Origin: an uncultured bacterium
Lineage (GTDB): Bacteria; Krumholzibacteriota; Krumholzibacteriia; JACNKJ01
Reading direction: 5' to 3'
Assembly (NCBI GenBank): GCA_963695095.1
Contig: CAVOFT010000001.1
Location: 480,001-544,000 of the forward strand
Length of the DNA stretch: 64,000 nt
The translations under genes were made by a program, and so were the position numbers. Below are positions 44,072-54,254 of the stretch, piece by piece. How positions within the stretch are numbered: the stretch's first letter is position 1; each line of letters starts with the position of its first letter. The notes below the pieces were generated by a model. The model was not told where the DNA came from and did no database searches. It saw only the letters and a list, made by a program, of their open reading frames with translations.

Positions 44072-44605
44072 CTAGCCGGAGGCGCCCGCGGCCTCGCTCG
44101 CCCGTTCGGCCTTGAGCTGGGCCACCCAGCCCTGCACCCTTTCGCTGGTGAGCACGGCCTGGCGCTCTTCGTCGATGACGAGGCCGAGGAAGCGGCCCTT
44201 CTTCACCCCGGCCGACGCCTTGAAGCTGTAGCCCTCGGTGGGCCAGGCGCCGATCAGGCGGGCTCCGCGCTTCTTCAGCTTCTTGGCGAGGGGGACGAGG
44301 GCGTCGGCGAAGGTCTTCTCGTACTTCTTCTGGTCACCGAGGGCGAAGACGGCGGCGGTCTTGCCGGTGAGGTCCACGCCCTCGCGCTTGAGCGCCTTCA
44401 GGAAGGGATACCAGTCCTCCTGCAGCTTGCCCTTCTCGTAGGTAGGCGAGCCGAAGATGATCAGCTCGCAGCCAGCCAACGCATCGACATCGGTCTTGCG
44501 CACGTCGTGGAGAACCGCGTCCTTGCCGAAGGCGCGCTGGAGCTTGCGCGCGATCTGCTTGGTCGCGCCCTTGGAACTGCCGTAGAAGATGCCGATTTCA
44601 GTCAT
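44072..44605 (-). CDS. fldA: Long-chain flavodoxin
   Basis: IGIFYGSS.G.T, GSPTY..G.LQEDW, FALGDQ..Y..TF.DA, G.WPTEGY.F and F.GL..DE motifs. Confidence 0.9.
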   Translation of the reverse strand: MTEIGIFYGSSKGATKQIARKLQRAFGKDAVLHDVRKTDVDALAGCELIIFGSPTYEKGKLQEDWYPFLKALKREGVDLTGKTAAVFALGDQKKYEKTFADALVPLAKKLKKRGARLIGAWPTEGYSFKASAGVKKGRFLGLVIDEERQAVLTSERVQGWVAQLKAERASEAAGASG

Positions 44606-44726
44606 GGTCCTCGCTCGCCGTTCGTGACATAGTGCTTCCGATTTCGTAAGCCGTCAAGATAGCGCCAGTTATGAAGATCACGGGATCCGGATAGCGCCTG
44701 CGCGATCCACCTTGAAGGAGCCCCGC

Positions 44727-45635
44727 TTGCCCGTCGCCACCCGCCTCGGCCGCTTCCTCGATCCGGAAGCCCTCAGCCGCCTGGACAGCATGGAGCTGAT
44801 CGCCCGCCTCGTCGTGGAGGGCTTCATCGCGGGCCTGCACCGCAGCCCCTTCCACGGCTTCTCGGTGGAGTTCTCCGAGTACCGGCCCTACAACCCGGGC
44901 GACAGCGTGGGCCGGATCGACTGGAAGGTCTACGCCAAGACGGACCGCCACTACGTCAAGCTCTTCGAGGAAGAAACCAACCTGCGCGCCACCTTGCTCC
45001 TGGACGGCAGCCGCTCCATGGACTTCGCCGGCAGCCAGGACCGCGTCACCAAGTTCCGCTACGCGAGCATGCTGGCCGCCGGCCTGGCCTACCTGCTCGT
45101 GCGCCAGCAGGATGCGGTGGGCCTGATCACCTTCGACGAGAAGATCCGCCAGGTGCTGCCCGCGCGCAGCGTGCGGCGCCACCTCTACGATCTGCTGACC
45201 GCCATCGAGCGCGACCAGCCCGGCGGGCTCACGGACGTGGGCGCCACGCTCCACCGGGCGGCCGAGATGGTTAAGCGCCGCGGCCTGGTGATCTTATTGA
45301 GCGACCTGCTCGACGAGCCGGAGCGCGTGCTGGCGGGGCTCAAGCACTTCCGCCACCGCGGGCACGAGGTGCTGGTCTTCCACGTGCTCGATCCGCTGGA
45401 GCGCGACCTCGACCTGCGCCGCGAGGTTCGCCTCGAGGACCTCGAAACCGGCGAGAAGCTGCGCACGCAGCCCTGGTTCATCCGCAAGGAGGCGGGCGAG
45501 CGCGTCGGGGCCTGGATCCGCCAGCTCGAGAGCGAGTGCCGCGACCACCGCATCGACTACGTGCCGCTGACCACGGATACCCCCTTCGACGTCGCCCTGC
45601 GCCGCGTGCTCGACCGCCGGGCCCGCCAGCACTGA
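44727..45635 (+). CDS. DUF58 vWA-like protein (MoxR partner)
   Basis: GLHRSPFHGFSVEFSEYRPY.PGD, IDWK, FEEET, LDGS.SM and LSD motifs. Confidence 0.93.
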   Translation: MPVATRLGRFLDPEALSRLDSMELIARLVVEGFIAGLHRSPFHGFSVEFSEYRPYNPGDSVGRIDWKVYAKTDRHYVKLFEEETNLRATLLLDGSRSMDFAGSQDRVTKFRYASMLAAGLAYLLVRQQDAVGLITFDEKIRQVLPARSVRRHLYDLLTAIERDQPGGLTDVGATLHRAAEMVKRRGLVILLSDLLDEPERVLAGLKHFRHRGHEVLVFHVLDPLERDLDLRREVRLEDLETGEKLRTQPWFIRKEAGERVGAWIRQLESECRDHRIDYVPLTTDTPFDVALRRVLDRRARQH

Positions 45636-45714
45636 GCTTCCGCACGGCGGCCCGTGACAGCGGGCGCCATTCCTGCTAGCCTGCGGGTGGACCCGGCCGC
45701 AGCAGGAGATGCCC

Positions 45715-46509
45715 ATGCCCAGGGATGCCAGCAGCTACGACGGCTTCGTCGCCGAGTTCTACGATCAGGTCACGCCCTACGCCGACCGCCAGGACCTGGC
45801 CTTCTTCAGCGCGCAGGCCGCCGCGGCGCCCGGGCCAGTGCTCGAGCTGGGCTGCGGCACCGGCCGGGTCATGCTGCCCATGCTGCGCGCCGGGGCCGAG
45901 GTCTGCGGCATCGACAGCTCCCGCGCCATGCTCGGCGTCTGCGTCGAGAAGCTGGCCCGCGAGCCCGAGCCCCTGCGCGACCGCGCCCATCTCATGCTGG
46001 CCGACATGCGCGACTTCACGCTCGGCCGGCACTTCGCCCTCGCCGTGGCGCCCTTTCGCGGCTTTCAGCACCTGCTCAGCGTCGAAGACCAGCTCGCCTG
46101 CCTCGAGCGCATCCGCGTGCATCTGTTGCCGGGGGGCCGCTGCGTGCTGGACCTCTTCAACCCCTCGCTCAAGGCGCTCACGGATCCCAGCCGCGACGAG
46201 GTCTTCGGCCAGGAGCCGCCCTTCCGCATGGCCGACGGCCGCACGGTCACCCGCGGCCATCGCATTCTCAGCCGCGACTTCGGCGAGCAGACCTCGGCGG
46301 TCGAGCTGATCTACGACGTGAGCGATCCCAAGGGGGGGCGCGAGCGCTTCGTCCACGCCTTTCCCATGCGCTGGCTCTACCGCTTCGAGGCCGAGCACCT
46401 GCTGGCGCGGGCGGGCTTCCGGGTGGAAGCCGTCTTCGAGGACTACGCGGAGACGCCCTTCAGCGGCAAGGAAGGCGGCGAGCTGGTGCTCGTCGCCAGT
46501 CGCGATTGA
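45715..46509 (+). CDS. Class I SAM-dependent methyltransferase
   Basis: VLELGCGTGR, GID.S..ML, DMRDF and L.PGG motifs. Confidence 0.92.
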   Translation: MPRDASSYDGFVAEFYDQVTPYADRQDLAFFSAQAAAAPGPVLELGCGTGRVMLPMLRAGAEVCGIDSSRAMLGVCVEKLAREPEPLRDRAHLMLADMRDFTLGRHFALAVAPFRGFQHLLSVEDQLACLERIRVHLLPGGRCVLDLFNPSLKALTDPSRDEVFGQEPPFRMADGRTVTRGHRILSRDFGEQTSAVELIYDVSDPKGGRERFVHAFPMRWLYRFEAEHLLARAGFRVEAVFEDYAETPFSGKEGGELVLVASRD

Positions 46510-46540
46510 CCCCGTGGACCAGCCCACACCAGGAGAGCGC

Positions 46541-46891
46541 ATGACCAAGCCAGGCGAGAACACCGTGATCCTGATCACCCGCGCGGGCATGGGCCAGGCC
46601 GAACCCGAGCTGCAGGTGGCGCTGATCAAGACCTGGCTCAAGGTGGTGGAGGCCAACGGCCAGCTGCCCGAGGTGGTCTGCTTCTATGCCGACGGGGTGA
46701 AGCTGGCCGTGCACGACTCCCCGGTGCTCGAGGAACTCAGGCGCTGGGAGGCGGTGGGCGTCCACCTCGTGCTCTGCAAGACCTGCCTGGACCATTTCGG
46801 GCTCACCGACGAGGTGGCCGTGGGCGTGGTCGGCGGGATGGGCGACATCGTGACGGCCCAGCTCGGCGCCGCCAAGGTGATCACGCTCTAG
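46541..46891 (+). CDS. DsrE-like sulfurtransferase (YedF C-terminal-like)
   Basis: GMG, FY.DGV.L, CKTCLDHFGL and VG.M.DI motifs; AGGAG RBS. Confidence 0.8.
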   Translation: MTKPGENTVILITRAGMGQAEPELQVALIKTWLKVVEANGQLPEVVCFYADGVKLAVHDSPVLEELRRWEAVGVHLVLCKTCLDHFGLTDEVAVGVVGGMGDIVTAQLGAAKVITL

Positions 46892-46909
46892 CTGCCCGCG
46901 GTTTTTGCC

Positions 46910-46938
46910 TTGAGTCCGGCCTGCCTGCGCGCTAGAGT
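46910..46938 (+). promoter_or_regulatory. Sigma70-type promoter of the dehydratase-activator operon
   Basis: TTGAGT-17 nt-TAGAGT. Confidence 0.55.
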
Positions 46939-47038
46939 CTCCCCGGTCCTCGACCGCCCTGCCCGCCACCGAGCGGGCAGGTCTGTCTAGGGCAGACCCC
47001 CCGGGTTAACGGGCCGGAAACTCGCCAAGGAGGGATCC

Positions 47039-48829
47039 ATGGCCAGCGGAACGACTCCCAGGGGACTTCCCCTGGATGAAGCCCAGATCCGGGAGCGGCT
47101 CGCCGCCGCTCGCCAGCGCCTCGAGGCCGAAGCTGGGCTTGGCAAGGGCAAGGAACGCCGCCATTACACTGCGCCCCAGCAGCGGGCCTTCCTCGCCAGC
47201 GAGCGGCCGCGCACCACGCTGCTCTTCGGCGGCCTCACCTGGAAGCACGATCAGCTCATCCAGGCGGCGCTGGAATCCCTGGGCTACCGCTGCGCCGCCC
47301 TGCCGACGCCCAACGTCGCCGCTTTTCAGGTCGGGCGCGAATTCGGCAACAACGGCCAGTGCAACCCGACCTACTTCACCGTGGGCAACCTGGTCCAGCA
47401 CCTGCAGGGGCTCGAGGCGCAGGGCAAGAGCCGCGCGGAGATCATCGAGCAGAACGTCTTCTTCACCGCCGGTGCCTGCGGGCCCTGCCGCTTCGGGATG
47501 TACGAGAACGAGTATCGCCTTGCCCTGCGCAACGCGGGCTTCGAGGGCTTCCGCGTCATCGTCTTCCAGCAGTCGGGCGGCCTCGACCAGGAGCAGATGG
47601 AGGCCGGCCTCGCGCTCAACCTCGACTTCTTCCTGGCCATCCTCTACGCGATGATGCTGGGCGACCTGCTCGGCGAGGTGGCCAATCAGATCCGGCCCTA
47701 CGAGCTCGAGGCGGGCGCCACCGATCGCGCGCTGCAGGCCGCCGTGGACGACATCGGCGCCACGCTGCGCGCGAGACAGCCCTTCGAGCTGGAGGCGAGC
47801 CGCGCCCGCGCCCTGCGCCGCCTGCCCGCGGGCCGGCGCCTGGACGGCTGGGCCAAGTTCCTCGCCGCGCTGCGCGACAGGTCGCTCACCGCGGCGGCCG
47901 CGCGGGCCCGGGACCGCTTCGACGCCATCGCCATCGATCCCCTGCGCGCCAAGCCGCGCGTGAAGATCACCGGCGAGTTCTGGGCGCAGACCACCGAGGG
48001 CGACGGCAACTTCAACATGTTCCGCTTCCTCGAACGCGAAGGCGCCGAGGTGCTCGCCGAGCCCGTCGCCACCTGGATCCTCTACATGGTGCACGGCGCG
48101 CAGAACAAGATCCGCGACCGCAAGGGCCTGGCCGAGGGCTTCGTGGCGCCGAGCTGGGGGCGGCCGCTGGCGCGGGCCGGCGTCGAGTGGCGCGCCTGGC
48201 GGCAGATCCGTCGCCTGGACCTGGCCGGGCGGCTCTTTCTGCGCGAGTACGGACGGCTGCGCCTGGCCCTGGGCGGCACCGCGCATGCGCCGGTGGATCA
48301 GCTCGAGCTGGAGCGCATGGGCCATCCCTTCTACAACAGCCGCGCGGGCGGCGGAGAAGGCCACCTCGAGGTCGCCAAGAACATCTACTATCACAACAAG
48401 GGCCTGGCCCACATGGTGCTCAGCCTGAAGCCCTTCGGCTGCATGCCCTCGACGCAGTCCGACGGCGCCCAGGCGGCCGTGCAGTCGCGCTTCGCCGACA
48501 TGATCTACCTGCCCATCGAGACCTCGGGCGAGGGCGAGATCAACGCGCACAGCCGCGTGCAGATGGCCCTCGGCGAGGCGCGGGTCAAGGCGCGCGAGGA
48601 GTTCGAGCGGGCTGTGGCCGCCAGCGGCTTCAGCCTCGATGAGCTGCGGAGCGGCCTCGCGCGCGTGCCCGAACTGGGCCGGCCGCTGGCGCAGCTCCCG
48701 CATCGCAAGGGCATTGTCAGCCGGGCGGCCTGCACGGCGCTGGAGCTCGGCGAACGCCTGCGCGCGGCGGGGGCGGCAGCGGCGCCGCAGCCCGAGCGAG
48801 AGCTGGCCGCGGCCGGGGGCTTGAAGTGA
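47039..48829 (+). CDS. 2-hydroxyacyl-CoA dehydratase/activator-associated Fe-S protein
   Basis: GQCNPTYFTVGNL, CGPCRFG.Y, ITGEF, GGEG and SLKPFGCMPS motifs. Confidence 0.85.
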   Translation: MASGTTPRGLPLDEAQIRERLAAARQRLEAEAGLGKGKERRHYTAPQQRAFLASERPRTTLLFGGLTWKHDQLIQAALESLGYRCAALPTPNVAAFQVGREFGNNGQCNPTYFTVGNLVQHLQGLEAQGKSRAEIIEQNVFFTAGACGPCRFGMYENEYRLALRNAGFEGFRVIVFQQSGGLDQEQMEAGLALNLDFFLAILYAMMLGDLLGEVANQIRPYELEAGATDRALQAAVDDIGATLRARQPFELEASRARALRRLPAGRRLDGWAKFLAALRDRSLTAAAARARDRFDAIAIDPLRAKPRVKITGEFWAQTTEGDGNFNMFRFLEREGAEVLAEPVATWILYMVHGAQNKIRDRKGLAEGFVAPSWGRPLARAGVEWRAWRQIRRLDLAGRLFLREYGRLRLALGGTAHAPVDQLELERMGHPFYNSRAGGGEGHLEVAKNIYYHNKGLAHMVLSLKPFGCMPSTQSDGAQAAVQSRFADMIYLPIETSGEGEINAHSRVQMALGEARVKAREEFERAVAASGFSLDELRSGLARVPELGRPLAQLPHRKGIVSRAACTALELGERLRAAGAAAAPQPERELAAAGGLK

Positions 48830-51800
48830 GCCCCGCCGGAGCGCCGCCCCTGCTGATCGGGCTCGACGTCGGCTCGACCACGGTGAAGGCCGTGGTCTGC
48901 GAGGCAGACGGCCGCGTGCTCTGGCGGGACTACCAGCGCCACTTCACGAAGCAGCCCGAGAAGGTGCTCGAGTTCCTCACGCGCATCGAGGCGGAACTCG
49001 GCCTGCCGCCCGAGCGTCTGCGCCTGTTCCTCACCGGTTCGGGCGGCGCCGCCCTCGCGCGGCACCTGGGCGGCAAGTTCGTCCAGGAAGTGACGGCGGT
49101 CAGCCTGGCCGTGGAGCGCTACTACCCCGCGGCGAACTCGGTGGTCGAGCTCGGCGGCCAGGACGCCAAGATCATCGTCTTCAAGGCGCCCGAGGGCGAT
49201 GGCCGCAAGAAGAAGATCCCCTCGATGAACGACAAGTGCGCGGGCGGCACGGGCGCGGTGATCGACAAGATCAACGCCAAGCTCAAGATCCCCGCCGAGC
49301 AGCTCGCGAACCTGGGCTACGACGGCATCAAGCTGCACCCTGTGGCCGGCAAGTGCGGCGTCTTCGCGGAGACGGACATCAACGGCCTGCAGAAGCAGGG
49401 CGTCTCCACCGACGAGCTGATGGCCTCGCTCTTCGAGTCCATCGTGCAGCAGAACCTGTCCGTGCTGACGCGCGGGCACACGCTGCGCCCCGTGGTCCTG
49501 CTGCTCGGCGGGCCGAACACCTACATCCGCGGCATGGTGGAGGCCTGGCGCGCCAACATCCCCGCGATGTGGGAGGAGCGCAAGGTCGAGCTGCCGGACA
49601 AGCCGGTCGGACGAGCTCATCGTCGTGCCCGACAACGCGCAGTACTTCGCCGCCCTCGGCGCCGTCGAGTTCGGCCGCGACGAGGACGTCGCCGTCGGCG
49701 CCTACCGGGGCCGGGCCGGCCTGGAGCACTACCTCGGCGCGGGCCGCGAGGCGGAGAAGCAGGCGCGCGGCTCGCGGGCGCTGTGGGCGAGCGAGGACGA
49801 ACTGGCGGCCTTCAACCGGCGCTTCACGCGCGCGGCCTGGGCACCTGCCCACTTCGAGCCGGGGGAGACCGTGCGCGGCTTCGTCGGCCTCGACGGCGGC
49901 TCCACCTCGACCAAGGCCGTGCTGCTCAGTCCCGAGCGGGAGCTGCTCGCCAAGGCCTACCAGCTCTCGCCAGGGCAACCCGATCGAGGACACGCATGGA
50001 GATGTTCCGCCTGCTGCGCGAGCAGGTGGAGAGCCAGGGCGCGCACGCTCGAAGTGCTGGGCCTGGGCACCACCGGCTACGCCAAGGACATGCTCAAGGA
50101 CGCCCTCGGCGCCGACGTCGCCCTGGTCGAGACCGTGGCCCACACGAAGAGCGCCCTGCACTTCTACGACGACGTGGACGTGATCTGCGACGTGGGCGGC
50201 CAGGACATCAAGCTGATCATGCTCAAGAACGGCCAGGTCAAGGACTTCAAGCTCAACACCCAGTGCTCGGCGGGCAACGGCTACTTCCTGCAGAGCGCGG
50301 CGGCGGGCTTCGGCTTCGCCGTCGAGGACTTCGCCGAGGCCGCCTTCAGCGCCACGGCGATGCCCAGCTTCGGCTACGGCTGCGCGGTCTTCATGCAGTC
50401 GGACATCGTCGACTTCCAGCGCCAGGGCTGGCGGGCCGAGGAGATCATGGCCGGTCTGGCCGCCGTGCTGCCCAAGAACATCTGGCTCTACGTCAGCCAG
50501 ATTCCCAACCTCGCCAAGCTGGGCCGGCGCTTCGTGCTGCAGGGCGGCACCCAGTACAACCTGGCCGCGGTGAAGGCCCAGGTGGACTTCATCGAGGGGC
50601 GCTTCGCGGGCAAGGACGGAGACGCCCGACGTCTTCGTGCACAAGCACACCGGCGAGTCGGGCGCCATCGGCGCCGGCCTCGAGGCGGCGCGGCTCTGGG
50701 GCGAGGGGCGCTCCACGCGCTTCATCGGCCTGGATGCCGTGGCGCGGCTCCAGTACTCCACGCGCCGCGACGAGAGCACGCGCTGCTACTTCTGCAAGAA
50801 CAAGTGCCTGCGCACCTTCATCGACGTGGCCACGGCCGGCGGCGCGGGCGAGGGCGCCCAGGCCTTCACCTACAAGCAAGGGCCCGAGGAGCCGCACGCC
50901 GCGCGCATTCGCGCCGCCGAGGAGCGGGCCCCCGAGACGCAGCGCATCATCATCGCCACCTGCGAGAAGGGCACCGTCGAGGACGTGGCCGACATGCGCG
51001 AGATCAAGCGCGGCCTCGACGCGGTGAAGAAGGCGAACCCCAACCTCGTCGCCTACGCGGCGGCCAGCGCCTTCGCCTCCTGGCAACCGACGCCGGCCGG
51101 AGCGCCGACTCCCGGCCTGAACGAGCGCCTGCCCTGGAAGGGCCGCGAGGCCAAGAGGCGGGCCGCGGCGCGTGAGCAGCGGGCGCGCCTGCGCATCGGC
51201 ATGCCGCGGGTGCTCAACATGTACTCGCTGGCGCCGCTGTTCACGGCCTACTTCGAGAGCCTGGGCCTGCCGGCGGAGAACCTCGTCTGGTCGGACTACA
51301 CGAGCGAGGAGCTCTACCGGGCCGGCGCCAAGCGCGGCGCCGTCGACCCCTGCTTCCCGAGCAAGCTGGGCATTCCGCACGTGCACAACCTGCTGTACGG
51401 TCAAGCACGCCAAGAAGCCGCTGGATGCGATCTTCTTCCCGATGATCGACGACCTGCCCAGCGATCTCCTCGGCTGCGCGGGGCACCGCTCCTGCCCCAC
51501 CGTGGCGACGACGCCGGAGGCGGTCAAGGCGGCCTTCACCAAGGAGAGCGACCTCTTCGCCGAGGCGGGGATCGCCTACCTCGACACCTTCGTGAATCCC
51601 GGCGAGCCGCTGCTCTTCGAGCGGCAGATCTTCGCCGAGTTCGAGGCGCGGCTGGGCCTCGACGCTCGCGGAGAACGCGCACGCGGTGGCGGAGGGCTAC
51701 CGCGCGCTCGCGCGCTTCATGGCCGACCAGCGCGAGCGGGGCGCCGAGGTGCTGCGCCGCCTCGAGGCCGAGGACCGCCTCGGCATCGTCCTGCTGGGAC

Positions 51801-52388
51801 GGCCCTACCACAACGACCCCGGCATCAATCACGAGATCCTCGAGGAATTCCAGAAGCTGGGCTACCCGATCTTCAGCCAGGCCGCGCTGCCCCTGGAGCC
51901 CGAGCGTCCTGGAGCGGCTCTTCGGCGAGGACCTGGCCGCCGGCCGCATCCCCGACGCGCTGAGCGTCGCCGACGTCTGGAAGAACAGCTACAGCGAGAA
52001 CACCAGCTACAAGGTCTTCGCGGCCAAGTACGTGGCCCGGCACCCGAACCTGGTCGCCCTGGAGCTCTCCAACTTCAAGTGCGGGCACGACGCGCCGATC
52101 TACGCGCTGGTCGAGGAGATCATCGAAGCCTCCGGCACGCCCTGCTTCAGCTTCAAGGACATCGACGAGAACAAGCCGGCGGGCTCGATCAAGATCCGCG
52201 TCGAGACCATCGACTACTTCCTGCGCACGCACCGCGAGTCGCTCGTCAAGCAGCGGCACAAGCGCGAGCGCGTGGAGCGGGAGCTGGCCGAGCTGGAGGG
52301 CCGCCTGCGGGGCGGCGAGGCGGCGGCGAGCGAGGACCCGGCCTCCGAGTCGGCCGCCGCCGCGTCGGCCAGCCGGCGGGCGTCGTAA
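48826..52388 (+). CDS. BadF/BadG/BcrA/BcrD double ASKHA ATPase (CoA-substrate activase) + DUF2229; eight apparent +1 frameshifts
   Basis: GLDVGSTTVK, ELGGQDAK, MNDKCAGGTG, GLDGGSTSTK, DVGGQDIK, CSAGNG, CYFCKNKC, PCFPSK, GRPYH and FKCGHD motifs, in order across successive frames. Confidence 0.88.
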
Positions 52389-52397
52389 GGAGAGGGC

Positions 52398-52679
52398 GTG
52401 GCACGGCTCGAATCCGACAAGATCATGTTCGAGATCTACCGCGAAGCCGGCTACGACCGCCGTTTCCGGGTGGTCTACTTCACCGAGCTGAGCGACCGCA
52501 ACCGCGACCTCGAGATCGCCCGCGCCCTGGCGGGCGAGCACCTGCTGGACGGCTTCATCTCCCTGGAGCGTTCGGAGCAGGCCAAGGCCCTCATCCTCCG
52601 CTTCCTGGAGCGGCTCAATGCCGGCGAGGCCCTGAGCGGGGACGAGCTGAGCGCCGCCCTGGCCGCCATCGCGGCCTGA
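52398..52679 (+). CDS. Small hypothetical protein, last gene of the activase operon
   Basis: AAGGAG RBS 9 nt after the upstream stop; FEIYRE..RVVYFTEL motif. Confidence 0.75.
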   Translation: MARLESDKIMFEIYREAGYDRRFRVVYFTELSDRNRDLEIARALAGEHLLDGFISLERSEQAKALILRFLERLNAGEALSGDELSAALAAIAA

Positions 52680-52869
52680 TCCCTGCCGGCCCGGCCGACC
52701 CAGACGGCGAAGGCGCCCCCAGCCGGGCCCCCGCTGGGCTCAGCGGCGACTTCCGCCGCCCACGGGGCCGCTATCCTTGCTTGCCAGTTTTGACAGCTTC
52801 CGCTTACTCTGCGGCCGGCCTTGGCGCAACCGGTTCCTATCCGGCCCCTACCTGGCAATGAGGACGAGG

Positions 52870-53751
52870 ATGCCCGCTGCGACGCCCCCGCCGCTCTTCG
52901 ACAAGACGCTGCGCCTGGAGACCCGCCCCGAGCGGGTCTTCGCCGCGCTGAGCGAGGCCGAGCAGCTCATCATCTGGTTCGCCGAGCAGGCCGAGGTGAC
53001 CGCCCGCGTCCACGGCAGCTACGGCTTCTGGGGCCGGCACACGCTCTGGAACGAGCGGCGCGTGGCGGGCGGGCAGTACATCACCCGTTTCGAGGCGCCG
53101 GGCCAGCTCTCCTATCGCTGGGACCTGGCCTCCCTGCCCACGGAAGTGCATCTGGACATCGAGGGCAGCGAGCGCAGCTGCCGCCTGCATCTGCGCCATG
53201 TCCTGCTGGCCGAATCCGTGGATCCGCGCACCCGCGAAATGCTGGCGGACTTCTGGCGCATCGCCCTGCTCAACCTGGGCTGGTACCTGGAGACGGGCGG
53301 GCCCATGCTGCGCCTGGACTACACGAAGGCGAAGGGGGACGTCGAGCTGGAGCTGGCGCTCGCCGCGCCGCCGCCCCAGGTCTTCCAGACCCTCACCCTG
53401 CCCGCGCGCATGGACGCCTGGCTGTCGCGGCGAGCGAAGGTGGAGCTGCGCGTGGGGGGCGTCTACGACTTCGGCTGGACCGAAACCGTGGACGGCGCCG
53501 CGGTGCCCGCCGGGCCCACGGTGCTCGAGGAGCTGGAGCAGGACGCGCTGCTGGCCTACGGCTGGCGCTGGCCGGGCGAGGTCCAGACCCAGGTGCGCTG
53601 GGTGCTGAAACCCGAGGGCAACGGCTCGCGAGTGAAGCTCACGCATACCGGCTTCGCCGCCGACCGCGACTCCATCGACTACAAGCAGGGCTGGGCGGCT
53701 TTTCTCTGCCTGCTCAAGCTCTACGTCGAGCGCGGCCAGCGCTGGGAGTAG
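52870..53751 (+). CDS. Tandem SRPBCC/AHA1-START domain protein
   Basis: Two repeats of 'P..VF..L.....W....V....G.Y.F.W'; V.LTH.GF and GW..F motifs. Confidence 0.85.
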   Translation: MPAATPPPLFDKTLRLETRPERVFAALSEAEQLIIWFAEQAEVTARVHGSYGFWGRHTLWNERRVAGGQYITRFEAPGQLSYRWDLASLPTEVHLDIEGSERSCRLHLRHVLLAESVDPRTREMLADFWRIALLNLGWYLETGGPMLRLDYTKAKGDVELELALAAPPPQVFQTLTLPARMDAWLSRRAKVELRVGGVYDFGWTETVDGAAVPAGPTVLEELEQDALLAYGWRWPGEVQTQVRWVLKPEGNGSRVKLTHTGFAADRDSIDYKQGWAAFLCLLKLYVERGQRWE

Positions 53752-53844
53752 CCCGCCCCCGGGGGCGGGTGCTAGCCGAAGCTCTCCACGATCCCATTGA
53801 CTTCATGGCGATTCAGCGGCGAGTCGACTCTGCCGCTGCGCAGC

Positions 53845-53888
53845 TTGACAGGGTTCCGTCCTTCGATTACATTTGCATCGCCATGCAA
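53845..53888 (+). promoter_or_regulatory. ars promoter with palindromic ArsR operator
   Basis: TTGACA-17 nt-TACATT. The inverted repeat TTGCAT-CGCC-ATGCAA (53873-53888) overlaps the -10, the likely TSS and the arsR ATG. Confidence 0.8.
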
Positions 53889-54254
53889 GCGAACTCGGAA
53901 TCCAGCGCAGCCCTTGGCGGCCTGCTCAGCCCGGCGCTCTTCAAGGCGCTCGGCGACCCCAATCGCCTCGCCCTGCTGCTGCGGCTCGCCGCCGCAGGCG
54001 GGCCGGCCACGGTGAGCGAGCTCAGCGGCTGCTGTGAGCGCGACTTCTCGGTGGTCTCCCGCCACCTGGCGCGCCTGCGCGAGGCGGGCATCGTGGCCGC
54101 CGAGCGCCGCGGCCGCGAGGTCCACTACCAGCTCACCAGCGACCTGGCGAGCATCCTGCGCGCCATCGCCGACGCCCTGGACGCCTGCTGCCCGCCCGGC
54201 AGCTGCGCCCCGAGTTCCTGCTGTTCACCCGATCCGAGCAAGGGAGCGCCATGA
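53883..54254 (+). CDS. arsR: ArsR/SmtB metalloregulator with Cys-rich tail
   Basis: FKALGDPNRL, V.EL.GCC..SVVSRHL..L..AG and R.GREV.Y motifs; tail ACCPPGSCAPSSCC. Confidence 0.9.
   Translation: MQANSESSAALGGLLSPALFKALGDPNRLALLLRLAAAGGPATVSELSGCCERDFSVVSRHLARLREAGIVAAERRGREVHYQLTSDLASILRAIADALDACCPPGSCAPSSCCSPDPSKGAP

Noticed and set aside
46541..46891. Selenoprotein or selenium utilisation locus
   Set aside because: YedF-like DsrE domain, but no in-frame TGA and no selD, selA or selB in the window.
48826..52388. Programmed ribosomal frameshifting in the activase gene
   Set aside because: Eight shifts with no slippery heptamers are implausible as programmed events and are better explained by insertion errors.
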